In this document: positions 1 through 13,569 of the stretch, piece by piece
Numbering within the stretch: the stretch's first letter is position 1
Layout of the letters: every line of letters begins with the position of its first letter
Origin: Squalus acanthias
Lineage: Eukaryota
DNA length: 64,000 nt
Assembly (NCBI GenBank): GCA_030390025.1
Contig: CM059432.1
Span: forward strand, 102,488,001 to 102,552,000
Direction: 5' to 3'
Made by a program: the position numbers and the translations under genes
The notes under the pieces: generated by a model
The model's database searches: none
Told to the model about the DNA's origin: nothing
Seen by the model: only the letters and a program-made list of their open reading frames with translations

Positions 1-260
1 AGAATTCTGGGGGAGTTTTCCGGACCCTCATAATATCCGGAAGGTTACAGTCTAGCTAAACTTATTAAAAGTGCTATCTGGAGGATGGTAACATCTTCAG
101 GCTGTTCCTTTCCTTTAGGGAGAGATAGTCTGGACCTTTAGACCCAATTAAGCGTCTTTAGGATTCGGCTACCTCTAACTTTAGTTGAAGGTGAACGTCT
201 GGGGAATACGCCTGATCTGGGGTAGCCCAAAAGGGGCTAGGACTAATAATTATCCCTTCA
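1..260 (+). mobile_element. 3' part of a foamy-like virus LTR (window starts inside it), inserted in a LINE
   Basis: Matches the end of the solo LTR at 33672-35163 and the reverse complement of the LTRs at 44295 and 51211. Ends ...TATCCCTTCA and is followed by LINE endonuclease sequence, not a PBS. Confidence 0.85.
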
Positions 261-2960
261 GTTGAACACCACTTGGAAGAAACACTGAGGGTAGTAAGCC
301 ACAGAACGTACTCTAGGTGGGGGACTTCAATGTCTATCACCAAGAGAGGCTTGGTAGCACCACTACTGACCGAGCTGGCCGAATCCTGAAGGACATAGAA
401 GCCAGATGGACCTGCGGCAGATGGTGAGAGAACCAACATGACCTACTTGACCTCATTCTCACCAATCTACCTGGCGCAGATGCATCTGTCCATGACAGTA
501 TTGGTAGCAGTGACCACCGCACTCTCCTTGTGGAGCCGAAGTCCCATCTTCACACTGAGGACACTCACCATTTTGTTGTGTGGCACTACCACTGTACTAA
601 ATGGGATAGATTTAGAACAGATCTAGCAGCTCAAAACTAGGCATCCATGAGGCGCTGTGTGCCATCAGCAGCAGCAGAATTGTATTGCACCACAATCTGT
701 AACCTGTCTTTTCCCTCACTCAACCATTACCATCTAGCTAGGCACCCAACCCTTGTTCAATGAGGAGTGTAGAAGAGCAAGCCAGGAGCAGCACCAGGCA
801 TATCTAAAGATGCGGTGCCAACCTGGTTAAGCTACAACACAGGACTACGTGCATGCTAAACCGTGGAAACAGCATGCTATAGACAGAGCTAAGCAATCCC
901 ACAACTAACAGATCAGATCAAAGCTCTGCAGTCCTGCCACATCCAGTCGTGAATGGTGCTGGACAATTCAACAACTAACAGGAGAAGGAGACTCCATGAA
1001 TATCCCCATCCTCAATAATGGCGTAGCCCAGCTCGTGACTGCAAAAGACAAGGCTGAAGCGTTTGCAAACATCTTCAGCCAAAAGTGCCAAGTGAATGAT
1101 CCATCTCGGGCCCCTCCTGAGTTCCCAATCATCACAGAAGCGAGTTGTCAGCCAATTTGATTCACTCCATGTGATATCAAACACTGGATACAGCAAAGGT
1201 TATGGGCGCCAACAATATCCTGGCTGTCATGCTGAAGACTTGTGCTCCAGAACTAGCCGTGAGTCTAGCCAAGCTGTTCCAGTAAAGCTGCAACACTGGC
1301 ATTTACCTGACAATGTGAAAAATTGCCCAGTCCACAAAAAGCAGGACAATTCCAGTCTGGCCAATTACCGCCCGATCAGTCTACTCTCTATCATCAGCAA
1401 GGTGATGGAAGGTGTCATCGACAGTGCTATCAAACTGCATTTACTCACCAATAACCTGCTCAACGATGCTCAGTTTGGGTTCCGCCAGGACCACTCAGTT
1501 CTAGACCTCATTACAGCCTTGGTCCAAGTATCGACAAAAGAGCTGAATTCCAGAGGTGAGGTGAGAGTGACTGCCCTTGACACCAAGCCAGCACAGACCG
1601 AGTGTGGCATCAAGGAGCCCGAATAAAATTGAAGTCAATGGGAATCAAGGGGAAAACTCTCCACTGGCTGGAGTCATACCTAGCACAAAGAAAGATGGTT
1701 GTGGTGGTTGGAGGTCAATCACCTCAGCCCCAGGACATCGCTGCAGGAGTTCCTCAGGGCAGTGTCCTAGGCACAACCATCTTCAGCTGCTTCATCAATG
1801 ACTTTCCCTCCATCATAGGGTCAGAAGTGGGTTTTCGCTGATGATTGCTCAGTGTTCAGTTCCATTCACAACTCCTCAGATAATGAAGCACTCCGTGCCA
1901 GGATGCAGCGAGACCTGGACAACATTCCGGCTTGGGCTGATAAGTGGCAGGTAACATTTGCACAACACAGGTGCCAGGCAATGAACATCTCCAACAAGAG
2001 AGAGTCTAACCACCTCCCCTTGACATTCAATGGGATTTCCATCGCCAAATCCTCCACCATCAAATTCCTGGGGGTCACCATTGACCAGAAACTTAACTGG
2101 ACCAGCCACATAAATACTGTGTCTACAAGAGCAGGTCAGAGGCTGGGTATTCTGCGGCAAGTGTCTCACCTCCTGACTCCCCAAAGCCTTTCCACCATCT
2201 ACAAGGCACAAGTCAGGAGTGTGATAGAATACTCTCCACTTGCCTGGATGAGTGCAGCTCCAACAACACTCAAGAAGCTTGACACGAAGTGAGGCGAAGG
2301 GAGGGGGGGAGAGTCCAGCAGGGATGGGGCATTTTTAAATCTAAATATTTCTTATGTTCTTAAGCAGTGGGGGAGTCAGTGGTTGTGGGGAGCGGGCAGA
2401 AGAGTGGAGTTGGGGCAAGGGTCGGATCAGCCATGGTTTCATTGAATGTCGGAGCAGGCTTGAGGGGCCGAATGGCCTGCTCCTGCTCCTGCTCCTATTT
2501 CTTATGTTCTTATGTTCTTATGACACCATCCAGGACATAGCAGCCCGCTTGATTGGCACCCCATCCAACACCTTAAACATTCACTCCATTCACCACCGGC
2601 GCACCGTGGCTGCAGTGTGTACCATCTACAAGATGCACTGCAGCAACTTGCCGTCCAAACCCGCGACCTCTTCCACCTAGAAGGACAATGGCAGCAGGCG
2701 AATGGGAACACCACCACCTCCAAGTTCCCCTCCAAGTCACACACCATCCTGATTTGGAAATATATTGGCGTTCCTTCATCGTCGCTGGGTCAAAATCCTG
2801 CAACTCTCTCCCTAACAGCACTGTGGGAGTACCTGCACCACACGGACTGCAGCGGTTCAAGAGATGGCTCACCACCACCTTCTCAAGGGCAATTAGGGAT
2901 GGGCAATAAATCCTGGCCTTGCCAGTGATGCCCACATCCCATGAACGGAAAAAAAAACAT
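261..2960 (+). mobile_element. Degenerate non-LTR retrotransposon (LINE family B, CR1/L2-group APE-RT)
   Basis: Frameshifted RT fragments (NYRPISLLSIISKVME, QFGFR, GVPQGSVLG, FADD, LGVTIDQKLNW). 3' end AATAAATCCTGGCCTTGCCAG...poly(A) is shared with the copies at 31620-41269 and 63573-63980. Confidence 0.9.
2286..2520 (+). mobile_element. CR1-type 3'-end fragment nested in LINE B
   Basis: CR1 3' UTR motif (GGAGCAGGCTTGAGGGGCCGAATGGCCTGCTCCTGCTCC), (TTCTTATG)n tail, and TGACAC duplicated on both sides. Confidence 0.75.
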
Positions 2961-4219
2961 TTCTCCCTAAACCAAAAACAGATCGGTTGGTAATTCATCT
3001 GATTTGCTGTTTGTGAGACCTTGCTGTCTGCAACAGTGATTGCACTTCAAAAATTGTTCTTGCGGTATGAGGAATCTTGGAAATCCTGAGGACCAGATAA
3101 GGCACTATATAAATAGAAGTACGTTCTCCTTGCTTTTCAATGACATGGCTCAATCAGGGAAAGGAAGAATTTGCACTCAAGTAAGTAATGAGCAATTAAA
3201 CCAGTAATTATGGGGCATGACAGCCTTAGCTTAGTCAAGTCATTATTTTCCACTAGTGTTTGAGCACTAAATGCTTATTATTAAGATCCATTAAGTTTCA
3301 GCACCTCCCACTCCTGTGAGAGAAGTGCTAAGACTGCATACAAGTCTTTCACAGTTCATTTTACAAAGTAAAGTGGTGTGCTTTATGAATCAATTGGAAA
3401 AAATTACGACAATTCCAGAAAAGATTCAAGATGTGTAAGAAATCTCTCATCTTACAAATTAGTTGTAGTGCTGAAAATGTAACATGTAGTATAGTTTAAG
3501 ATGCCGTAATAAATATTGCATTGTTATAATTTTTACTCCATTCAGCTTTTTGATGAATTACCAAGCACCAGGCAAGCCTTCCTCTACAATAAGGTCCGGT
3601 GGCGGGTTGGGGAGAAGTTAAAAATTATGAATGTAGATGTAAGGAGGGAAGTAAGTTGGAACATTTTTACATTAATGGTCATAGACTTGTGGCACTTGTG
3701 ATTACCAGGGAAACTCACTGAATCAATCAGTATAAATGAGCTCAAGAGACAAGAAGATCTGTTTATAGATGGAGAAGTGATTGAGGGATATGGTGAGAAA
3801 GTACATGGGCTGGGTTGAAATTAATAAAGATTTGTTTAGAAAATTGGATTTTTCATGTTCCTAAATATTCTATGGCCGGAAATTTCCTCGGAGCCACTCC
3901 TGCAACTTTGTTGGAAGTGTTCCTGCTGCATTGTCGGTGAAATTACGGCAGTGGAGTGGGAGCAGCTCCGAGGAAATGCTCAGCTCATTTCTTATATGAC
4001 ATAGGGTAAGTAACAAGCGTGACAATACAGGACCACCTCACAGCAAAACCTCACAATTTTTAAATGGGAACCAAGTTCCCAATATTAAGGAAAGTGTAAG
4101 TGGGTGAGGAATAGATAAAGAAAATTACTTTAATTTGACAAACATTCAACAAAAAGTGAATAAAAATGATTTGCATTTATGTGTGCTTAACTTCACTGCC
4201 ATTTTGTTTACAGGACACC

Positions 4220-4969
4220 TGGGCTTAAAAATTTGGTTGCTTTGCGCCTCCCGTTAGCGCCCTAAGAGGACGCTAATGGGGCGCAATGCAACTAGCGCCT
4301 GGGCACGGTGCCGCCAATGCCTCCCGCGAAATTCAGCGGGAGGTTAGTGGCGGTGGTAACTGTTAGCACCCCGCGGCTCTGCGCCACTGGCGATGACATC
4401 ATCGCCGTGTGCAGCGCCCCGCTCGCACCCTGGCCGCGATCCTCGGTAGCGCCCCCTGACTTACCGCCGGACGCTATGTCCGACAGGGTCAGAGGGGCCT
4501 ACCTGTGGCTGGGGCGGCGCAAATTAAAGGGGAGGTGCCGGGCGGCCATTTTTGTTGCTGGCCGCCTGCCAGCACCTGCCCCCTCTGCCGTCCCTGGCCT
4601 CCTCTTCAGCCCCCCCACGGAGTGCCAGCTGTGCTCCGTGAGCCCAGCACTTGTCTTGAGTGCCGGGCTCTTTTGCCGGCACTCCGATCCCTGGTGGCCC
4701 AGCTGGGCCCCGGGTCGTGCTGCGCTAGGCCCCTTCCCTTTAAGAAGGGTAGGAAGGCCTGCAGTACTGCGCGCAATGTGCCGCAGCGCCGCAATATTCA
4801 CTCGCAGCGCCCCAAGAGGGAGGTGGGGCGCTTCCAGTAGCACCCCGCCTCCCTCTTGGGGCGCTATCAGTGAATTTCGGCCCCGGGGGCGCTAATTTTT
4901 TTGGGGCGCTAAAAGTAGCGCCCCGGAGAAGTTAGCGCCCCAAAGGGGGTGCGACCCAATTTTCCCCTC
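4220..4969. mobile_element. Non-autonomous Harbinger-like element (MITE)
   Basis: Imperfect TIRs (GGGCTTAAAAATTTGGTTGC / GCGACCCAATTTTCCCCTC). TAGCGCC-rich subterminal repeats are shared with 27195-28075 and the Harbinger ends. Confidence 0.6.
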
Positions 4970-6410
4970 GCTTGCAATGGAGTTTTGGGATTAGAACAAG
5001 AATTCTGCATAAGGTCAGATGGAAGGGCACATCAGCCACAGCTGCAATTGAGGCTACCCCAATAATCCTCACAAGCTCATTGTCAATCAACTCACATGAG
5101 GTCTGACTGGCTTCATCCCTGGCTTTGTGGGGAATGGTGGCAAATAACTGTAATCAGCAGATTGATGATGGAGCTAACCTTCTGAACTTGATTGTCAAAT
5201 TGTAAACGGCACTAAACTGCAACCAGTGACCCTCCTTGCAGATCAGCAATGCTATCATCCACCGCTACTTGGAATGCCCTGTTGGTCAACATAGCAAAAT
5301 TGGTGAAATGGCATCAAAACGCCCTGTTATAATGTGCCAACCCACTCTGACCAATATCCGGTCTTTGTGGTGCTGGCTCCTCCGTAAAATTCTACATGAA
5401 TTAGCAAAACGTTTAGCTCAGATTTTTACAACAGCAATAATCAATAAATCAGTAATTGTGTTACTTATATAAAAATATCATCATGTGATTTATCTCTTTA
5501 ATCGTAAATATAAAAAAATCATTTTTCATCATTACTGTATCCAATCTCTTTTTACTTCAAAACCAGATAAATGATTACCATTGTAGATTAAAACAATCAC
5601 AATTAACAGAATCTGAGTTGCAAGGTGATCATGTGAACTGCAGTTTTATATTTTGGATTACACTGAAGCACATGCCAAAATATGCAAACTGCCAAGGAGG
5701 AGAGAATAAAACTTTTGGACAGTATCGATGCTTCATAATCAAAGCTAGTACCAACCACCAAGGAAAACGCCATGGTCCATGTCACCTAATTTCTTAATAA
5801 TCTAGCATTTATTAATGTATCAAGAGACATGCAAACTGAAATCAGAAGCAACGTGCAAAAGAAATAATTGAGTGTCCTGTAAGTAAATACCACTGATATT
5901 GCAATGTTGGTCCTTGACTCCAGGATTGGCTTACAGAAAACAGGTCATATCTTCTGATGTGTGTAGAATTTTGTGAAAAAAGTTTGCACCTTTACTTAGT
6001 TTAATATTCTTTAAACATATGGCACATATTATAGATAGGCACGTTATGCATAACATGGATTAGGCATTTCTGACTATGCATTTATCAAAAAGGATGAGAG
6101 TTATTAAACCACTGTACACAAAGTTAGCTCATCAAAAATGTGTAAGAGATAAAGGGGGAGAAATTTATTATCGCCCAGGAATGGGCGCTAACTTTGGAAA
6201 AGTTTGAGATTTAGCGCCAGGCGCTAATGAATCTCGCTGCACGCAAAATTCAGTGTCATCGCTCAAGGAAAGGATGGAAGCGCTAAATCAAGTGCTAATG
6301 ACCTAGTGCAGTGGCGTTAGACTCAAAGCGCTAAGCAATTCAGGTGCAGTCTAATCGCTAGTCATCATTGCCACAGGCTCTTTCCAGTTCTTAAAGGGGA
6401 GGGTCAATCA

Positions 6411-8975
6411 TGCTTAAAGGGGATGGCATTAAACAGGAAATTAGAGACACATGCAATAAGGGCACAGCAGTTATCATGGGTGACTTTAATCTACATATAG
6501 ATTGGGCTAACCAAATTAGTAACAATACTGTGGAGGAGGAATTCCTAGAGTGTATATGGGATAGTTTCCTGGACCAATATGTCGAGGAACCAACTAGAGA
6601 TCAGGCCATCTTAGACTGGGTATTATGTAATGAGAAATGATTGATTAGCAATCTTGTTGTGCGAGGCCCCTTGGGGAGGAGCGATCATAATATGATAGAA
6701 TTCTTCATTAAGATGGAGAGTGAAGTAGTTGACTCAGAGACTCGGGTCCTGAATTTAAATAAAGGAAACTACGATGGTATGAGGCGCGAGTTGGCTCGGA
6801 TGGATTGGGGAATGTTACTTAAAAGGTTGATGGTGGATAGGCAATGGCAAACATTTAAAGATCGCATGGATGAACTACAGAATTTGTTCATCCCTGTCTG
6901 TCATAAAATAAAACAAAAAAGGTGGCGCAACTGTGGCTAACAAGGGAAATTAGGGATAGCATAAGATCCAAGGAGAGGACATATAAATTGGCCAGAAAAA
7001 GCAGCAAACCTGAGGATTGGGAGCAGTTTAGGATTCAGCAAAGGAGGAAAAAAGGATTAATTAAGAGGGGGAAAATAGAATATGAGAGTAAGCTTTCAGG
7101 GAACATAAAAACTGACTGTAAAAGCTTCTATAGATATGTGAAGAGAAAAAGATTGGTGAAGTCAAGCATAGGTCCCTTGCAGTCAGAATCAGGGGAATTT
7201 ATAGTGGGGAACAAAGAAATGGCTGACCAATTAAATACATACTTTGGTTCTGTCTTCACAAAGGAGGACACAAATAACCTCAAGAGATGTCGGGGAACAT
7301 AGGGTCTAATGAGAGGGAGGAACTGAATGAAATCAGTATTTGTAGGGAAATAGTATTAGGGACATTGATGGGATTGAAGGCCGATAAATCCCCAGGGCCT
7401 GATAATCTACATCCTAGGGTACTTAAGGAAGTGGCCCTAGAAATAGTAGATGCATTGCTGATCATCTTCCAAAATTCTATAGACTCTGGAACAGTTCCCA
7501 TTGATTGGAGGGTAGCTAATGTAACTCTACTATTTAAAAAATGTGGGAGAGAGAAAACGGGGAATTATAGACCGGTAAGCCTGACATCGGTAGTCGGGAA
7601 AATGCTAGAGTCCATTATAAAAGATGTAACAGCAGAGCACCTGGAAAACAGTGACAGGATCGGACAAAGTCAACATGGATTTACAAAAGGTAAATCATGC
7701 TTGACTAATCTACTGGAATTTTTTGAGGATGTAACTGGTTGAATAGATAAGGGAGAACCAGTGGATGTGGTGTATTTGGACTTTCAGAAGGCTTTCGATA
7801 AGGTCCCGCATAAGAGATTAGTGTGTAAAGTTAAAGCACATGGGATTGGGGGTAAGGTGCTGACTTGGATAGAGAACTGGTTGGCAGACGGGAAGCAAAG
7901 AGTTGGAATAAACGGGTCTTTTTCCGAGTGTCAGGCAGTGACTAGTGGGGTACCACAGGAATCGGTGCTAGGACCCCAGCTATTCACAATATATATTAAT
8001 AATCTAGACGAGGGAACTAGATGTAATATCTCCAAGTTTGCAGACGACACAAAGATGGGTGGGCGTGTGTGCTGTGAGGAGGATGCCGAGAAACTCCAGT
8101 ATGATTTGGACAAGTTGGGTGATTGGGCAGATGCATGGCAGATGCAGTATAATGTGGATAAATGCGAGGTTATCCACTTTGGTGGCAAAAATAGGAAGGC
8201 AGATTATTATCTGAACGGCAATAGATTGGGAAAAGGGGAAGTGCAACGAGACCTGTGTGTCCTTGTGCACCAGTCGCTGAAGGTAAGCATGCAGGTGCAG
8301 CAGGCAGTTAAGAAGGCAAATGGTATGTTGGCCTTCATAGCGAGAGGATTCGAGTACAGGAGCAAGGATGTCTTGCTGCAGTTGTACAGGGCCTTGGTGA
8401 GACCACACCTTGAGTATTGTGTGCAGTTTTGGTCACCTTATCTGAGGAAGGATGTTCTTGCCATGGAGGGAGTGCAGCGAAGATTCACCAGGCTGATACC
8501 TGGGATGGCAGGAATGATGTATGATGAGAGATTGGGTCGATTGGGATTATATTCGCTAGAGTTTAGAAGAATGAGAGGGGATCTCATTGAAACTTATAAA
8601 ATTCTAACAGGACAAGACAGACTAGATGCAGGAAGGATGTTCCCGATGGCGGGTGAGTCCAGAACCAGGGCTCACAGTCTAAAAGATAAGGGTAAGCCAT
8701 TTAGGACAGAGATGAGGAGGAATTTCTTCACCCAGAGAGTGGTGAACCTGTGGAATTCTCTACCATAAAAGGCAGTTCAGGCCAATTCATTAAATATATT
8801 CAAGAAGGAGTTAGATATATTTCTTAAGGCTAAAGGGATCAAGGGATATGGGGAGAAAGCAGGGACAGGGTACTGAATTTGGATGATCAGCCATGATCTC
8901 ATTAAATGGCGGAGCAGGCTCGAGGGGCTGAATGGCCTACTCCTGCTCCTATCTTCTAAGTTTCTATGTTTCTGT
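6411..8975 (+). mobile_element. 5'-truncated CR1 LINE (APE-RT ORF2 with stops and frameshifts)
   Basis: Motifs MGDFN, SDHNMIEF, KSPGPD, YLDFQKAFDKVPH, FADD, VRPHLEYCVQFWSP. Ends with the CR1 3' UTR and a TTTCTATG tail. Confidence 0.95.
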
Positions 8976-9075
8976 GCTGCAGAACCTCATTCTCAGCGTT
9001 GCTGGTTCTGCAGCTGTCTCAGCAAGCAGCAGAACGCCAAGGAGAAGGAACCGGACCACTGGAAGAGGTGTCATT

Positions 9076-10980
9076 ATGGCAGATCAACAGCCCAGGGAGA
9101 GAGCTCACAGATTCTGCGGCCAGGCAGTGGAGACATTGGTCTTTGCTGTGGAGAGACGGAGGGCGCTGCTGTACCCAGCAACTGGCAGGAGGCCCTCACC
9201 ACAAGTCTTCCGCACCATGTGGAGGGAGGTAGCCCAGCAGGTCTCGGGCAGCACTGTAGTGCCCAGGACCCACACACAGTGCAGGAAGAAATTTAACAAC
9301 CTCACTCGGGTGGTCAGGGTGAGTCAATGTTTCAACAAATACTACATACCACCATCTGAACCTCAGTCTGCACACACTGCCCAAAGCACCACACCCCCAG
9401 CACTCACCCACCAACAATCTCCACCTACCAACACTCACACCCACATCTCACACCTTGCACACAATGACAGCTATTCAACTATGGCAGGCACTTCTCCCAA
9501 ACACATTGCTCCACACTCACTCACACACTTTCCTCTCTCTTGCAGGCCAAGGTGGCTCACAACAGGAGGGAGCACGAGCGCACAGGTGGGACACAACCTG
9601 ACACCCAACCACTTTCTGAGCTGGAGGAAAGAGTGCTGCAAATCATTGGGTGCCAGGTGGTGGGCACCGTGGCCACCGTGGCCACCGACAACGCTGACCC
9701 CCTTGGGGACAACAATGGTATGTTCATCCCTACTCCTTCTTCTCACATTCCACTTCCCCCTCACCCCACAAGCCTTTCACACTTTACAGCTAATCATGCT
9801 GTATGCCTGCCTTTCTCCCTTCCTGCACCTCCTCCCCTCACCTTAGCCCGACTCTTGTGCCTTTATGCTTTCAGATAATGAGCAAGCAGCTGAGCAGCCT
9901 GTCTCTGAGGACACCGTTGAGAGCGATGCGGGAGAAGAGGAGGAGGAAGAACACACCGCGTCACAGCATGTCTCACCGGCAGGCACCACCTCAGATACTG
10001 GCACTACACGTTCTTTAGAGGCTCGTATAGTAGCGGGATCTGCACAGGGTGATGCACCGGGGACGAGCGGGCTGCAGCAAGGTTAGGGGGAAAGGGTAGC
10101 TCGGGAGCCAACTCCCCGGAGGGCGAGTTCTGCTGCACAGGACTCAGATGAGGACCTTGATGGGGAGGCCTTTAGAAAAAGGGTGATGGGCATGCACACG
10201 GAGATGATAAGTACAATGGCAAGGGTGCCTGAGAGCCTCTCGGCAATGGTAAGGTGCGTGGAGGAGTCCGCCTCCAACATTGCACAGAGCTCTGCGCACA
10301 CCATGGAGCCCAGTATTTGCAATCTGCAAAGGATGGTGGACCTCCAGAGAGAACGTGGCAACCCAGACCTCATGCCGCATGTGATGGGCGATGTTGTAGC
10401 TTCCATTGCAGCATGTGTGGAAGCCACGCAACATCTTAGTGATGTAATGCAGTCTATGCTTGGTGCCATCCAGTCTCAGACTGCTCTCATGCAGTCTCAG
10501 CTTGATGCCACGCAAGCTCTGACTGTTGCCATCATGGCTGGGTCTACCACCATCCACCGGGGCTTTCACGGTGTCACAGCAGGCCAGCAATCTGTGCTAC
10601 AGCAGATTGGTAGTGATGCTGAGGAGCTGCCCCGGGGGAGTGGCAGTGGATCAGTGGAGCAGGAACCTGCTGTCCTCTCTCAGGATGACAGCATTCCTGC
10701 TCCCACCACTGCTACTCCGCCGTTGCCCTTGTCGCTGCCTGTCATCCAGCCAGCCCAAAATGCTGCCGTCCATGCTGAGGTGGTGCAGTCTACAGCCGGG
10801 CCTTCCAAGCCCAGGGCTAGTCGAGGGCGTCCTGCAAGGCCATCTGAAGTCTCTCACACAGACACTCAGCAGCCTTCCACCCGCCATACTGGAGCCACTG
10901 GGCCAACATTTCGTAGGAGCACTAGAGTAGGCAAAGGCACAGTAACGAGAGGCACTAAGGGATTGCACAAGGGTGAATAG
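9076..10980 (+). pseudogene. Harbinger Myb/SANT DNA-binding protein gene, 3 exons (9076-9318, 9546-9717, 9875-10980), one premature TAG at 10084-10086
   Basis: Myb/SANT-like motif (RF...VETLV...WREVA...RTHTQCRKKFNNL). GT-AG junctions AGG|GTGAGT, TTGCAG|GCC, ATG|GTATGT and TTTCAG|AT keep one frame of about 506 aa. Confidence 0.8.
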
Positions 10981-11145
10981 CTAATATTGTTGTTGTAAAT
11001 ATGTGTTCACTGACTATTGATAACTTTATTAATTGGCTTTGGATGATTTTGTGGTGTCTCTCATTTCAGCTTTGCGCTGTGATTTGACCTGTGACAGTAA
11101 TGGAATGATGGGGATGTGGTGAGCAACGGGGATCTGAGGTTTAAT

Positions 11146-11955
11146 TTATTGGAACTGCAGTCTGATGAGGCAGTCATGGACAACCCTTCCAGAAGGCCGA
11201 TTGAGTAGCTGCCTCCTCCCTTGCTCCTGTTCCTCCTCCTCCTCCTCCTCGTCTTCCTCTTCCTCCTCATCCTCCTCCTCCACCTCATCTCCCTCTTCCT
11301 CCTCATTTTCCTCTTCCTCCTCATCCTCCTCCTCCTCATCATCTCCCTCTTCCTCCTCCTGAGGTGGTCCTGCAATCCCTGGTGGCAAGGGCTGGGCCCT
11401 CATGATGGCCAGATTGTGGAGCATGCAGCACACCACGACGAAATGGGACACCTGCTCCAGTGAGTACTGGAGGGCTCCCCCCGAGCAGTCAAGACAGCGG
11501 AACCATTGCTTGAGCACCCCGATGGTCTGCTTGATGATGTTCCTGGTGGCAGCATGGCTCTCATTATATGAGTGCTGGGCAGAGTGTTGGGGTTGCGGAG
11601 GGGAGTCATGAGCCAGGTGGAGAGCGGATAGCCCTTGTATCTGACCAGCCAGCCGTGAGCTTGATGTGCTGGGTGGAAGAGTGCTGGCACACCGGTCTGG
11701 TGCAGGATGAAGGCATCATGGCTGCTGCCAGGATAGCGGGCATTCACATTGAGGATTCGCTGTATGTGGTCGCACACCAACTGCACATTAATTGAATGGT
11801 ATCCTTTGTGGTTAGAGAAGAACTCAGGATTGTTATGCGGTGCCCGCAAAGCCACGTGGGTGCAGTCAATGGCGCTCTGCACCATGGGGAAGCCCGCTAT
11901 CCTGGAAAAGCCACATGCGCATTCGTCCTGCTTCTCTCTGGTGATGGAGAAGGAA
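11146..11955 (-). pseudogene. Harbinger (HARBI1-like) DDE transposase, 3' part, frameshifted
   Basis: Motifs AIDCTH, GYHSINVQLVCD, YPGSSHDAFIL, KGYPL, LKQWFRCL, CCMLHN and a poly-Glu tail. Interrupted at 11955 by the provirus. Confidence 0.9.
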
Positions 11956-13565
11956 TGTAGAATTCGCAATATATCGCGATTTTATTAATAAGGAGAAAAC
12001 ACAGAGTTTCGTTCAAACAGCTTTTATTTCAGCAGAATGCTGACAGGTTTAAAGTGGACACAAGCAGCCTGTAAAATGGCCGCCGCACCTCGTGACAGAA
12101 CATTCTAGACTTTTCAACAGGCAGACAAGATGGCGTTCCAATAAACATTTGTGCAAGATCGATTAAGATTCAGCACAGTGAAGATAATACACGAGACATT
12201 ATGGGTTTGCAGTATACACATAAATACTGAAATCGGTCTCCCAGGTACAAAGGAAAGCCATTGTACCGAGTAATCAAGGGCCCATCCAAAAGACATTAAT
12301 ATGTAGAATCCCAACGACTCTACGATGAGAGAGCCGTTAGCAGGTAGTTATACAGGACACTTGGAAGCCCCAAAACCCCTCCAGGGAGAACGCCGACCGA
12401 TTTAACAATGGGAGAAATATTAACAGGTACTCAGACATTTACGAGTAGCCCCGAAACCCATTAAGAACGGAGATCACCCATACAAGACATTTGAGCGCCA
12501 GACCTTAAACAAAAGAATGGACATTATAGTTGGGCGGGAAACGGAAGATTTTTGCACTATAATTGCAGGCTCCAAACCGTCCATCTTTCTCTTATCCGAT
12601 CGATTCGTAACCTCGTGGCTGCTCCTGTGTACTCGTAGTTGGGCTCGCTCCTGCTTGCCTGTTGCCTCTTTTGAAAAGGACTGTTGAACTTTCTGATCCG
12701 TTCGGATCTACCTCGTGTCGCGTAACGAAGACCTATATTGGTAACCGGTATCGGAACCAAAGGCCCGAGATGAGATGAGATGAGATGAGAAGAGAGGAAG
12801 ACCATATCCATCGCCACGGTCAGTAAATCCCGACCGCGCCTGTAGGTCGATTAGCCAAGTTTTCCTTGCCAGGAAGACTTCTTCGAACTTATAACGAAAC
12901 ATATCGCATCGATGATATAACTGGAATGTGAAAACCACCAATACAGATCTTCATCACAGCAGACGTTCCAGCCTGCTAGCCGGAGCAGCAGAAGCAAGTA
13001 AACAAGTGGGACCAGGAGATCTCCTGACCGACACGTGGGTGCTGCGGTGGAAAACATCCGATCAGCTATTCGGAATTTCTCCGAGTTATCACGAGTGGTG
13101 AGCATGAGTCTCGAAATCCTACGAATCTAGTTAGGATAGATATTGATAGGGGAGGGTTTAAGGATTAAGGATATTTGTAATGTGTGCCCCTATTTACTAT
13201 GTGCCGTTCGTTCCTCGTTTCCCTAAGATCGACTATATAACTGTTTGTAAGATTGTACTGTCATTAATCTGTGCTTATGACATGTATTTCATAATCTTAA
13301 GTATCATGCAATAAAGATTTTCCATATCGTACCATTCAAACCTAGTCTACATGAGTTTCATCTCCATTACTGCTCTCGCATCTAAGTCCAGTGTCTAGAA
13401 CCGTAAGGGAGAGTGATTCGAACCACTCACATGTGTGTCTAGTGTTCTCAGACTGGCTGGAGACCAGAACAGGCAACAAGGCCTAGACCCGCACTGACAT
13501 ACAGGCTGCACAGAGCCGCGTGAACCTCACAGGCTGCGAGACACGCAGGGTCAGAATCCCTTACA
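11956..13565 (+). repeat. 5' LTR of Loki-1 (1610 bp)
   Basis: TGTAG...TTACA, direct repeat of 22960-24569 with only about 3 substitutions seen by eye. AATAAA at 13310 and a (GAGAT)n tract near 12767. Confidence 0.97.
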
Positions 13566-13569
13566 GAAA

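Noticed and set aside
4308..4895. 195-aa GC-rich ORF
   Set aside because: It lies inside a MITE, has no domain motifs, and has overlapping ORFs on both strands, as expected for GC-rich DNA.
5000..6150. Possible host exon in non-repetitive AT-rich sequence (also 25790-26790)
   Set aside because: No convincing ORF with paired splice sites or a recognisable protein. Small exons cannot be excluded without RNA data.
11061..11463. Arg-, Ser- or Leu-rich ORFs
   Set aside because: They are alternative frames of the (GAG)n poly-Glu tail of the transposase.
12114..13105. Short minus-strand ORFs repeated in both LTRs
   Set aside because: They recur only because the LTRs are duplicates, and they are not consistently preserved in Loki-2 LTRs.
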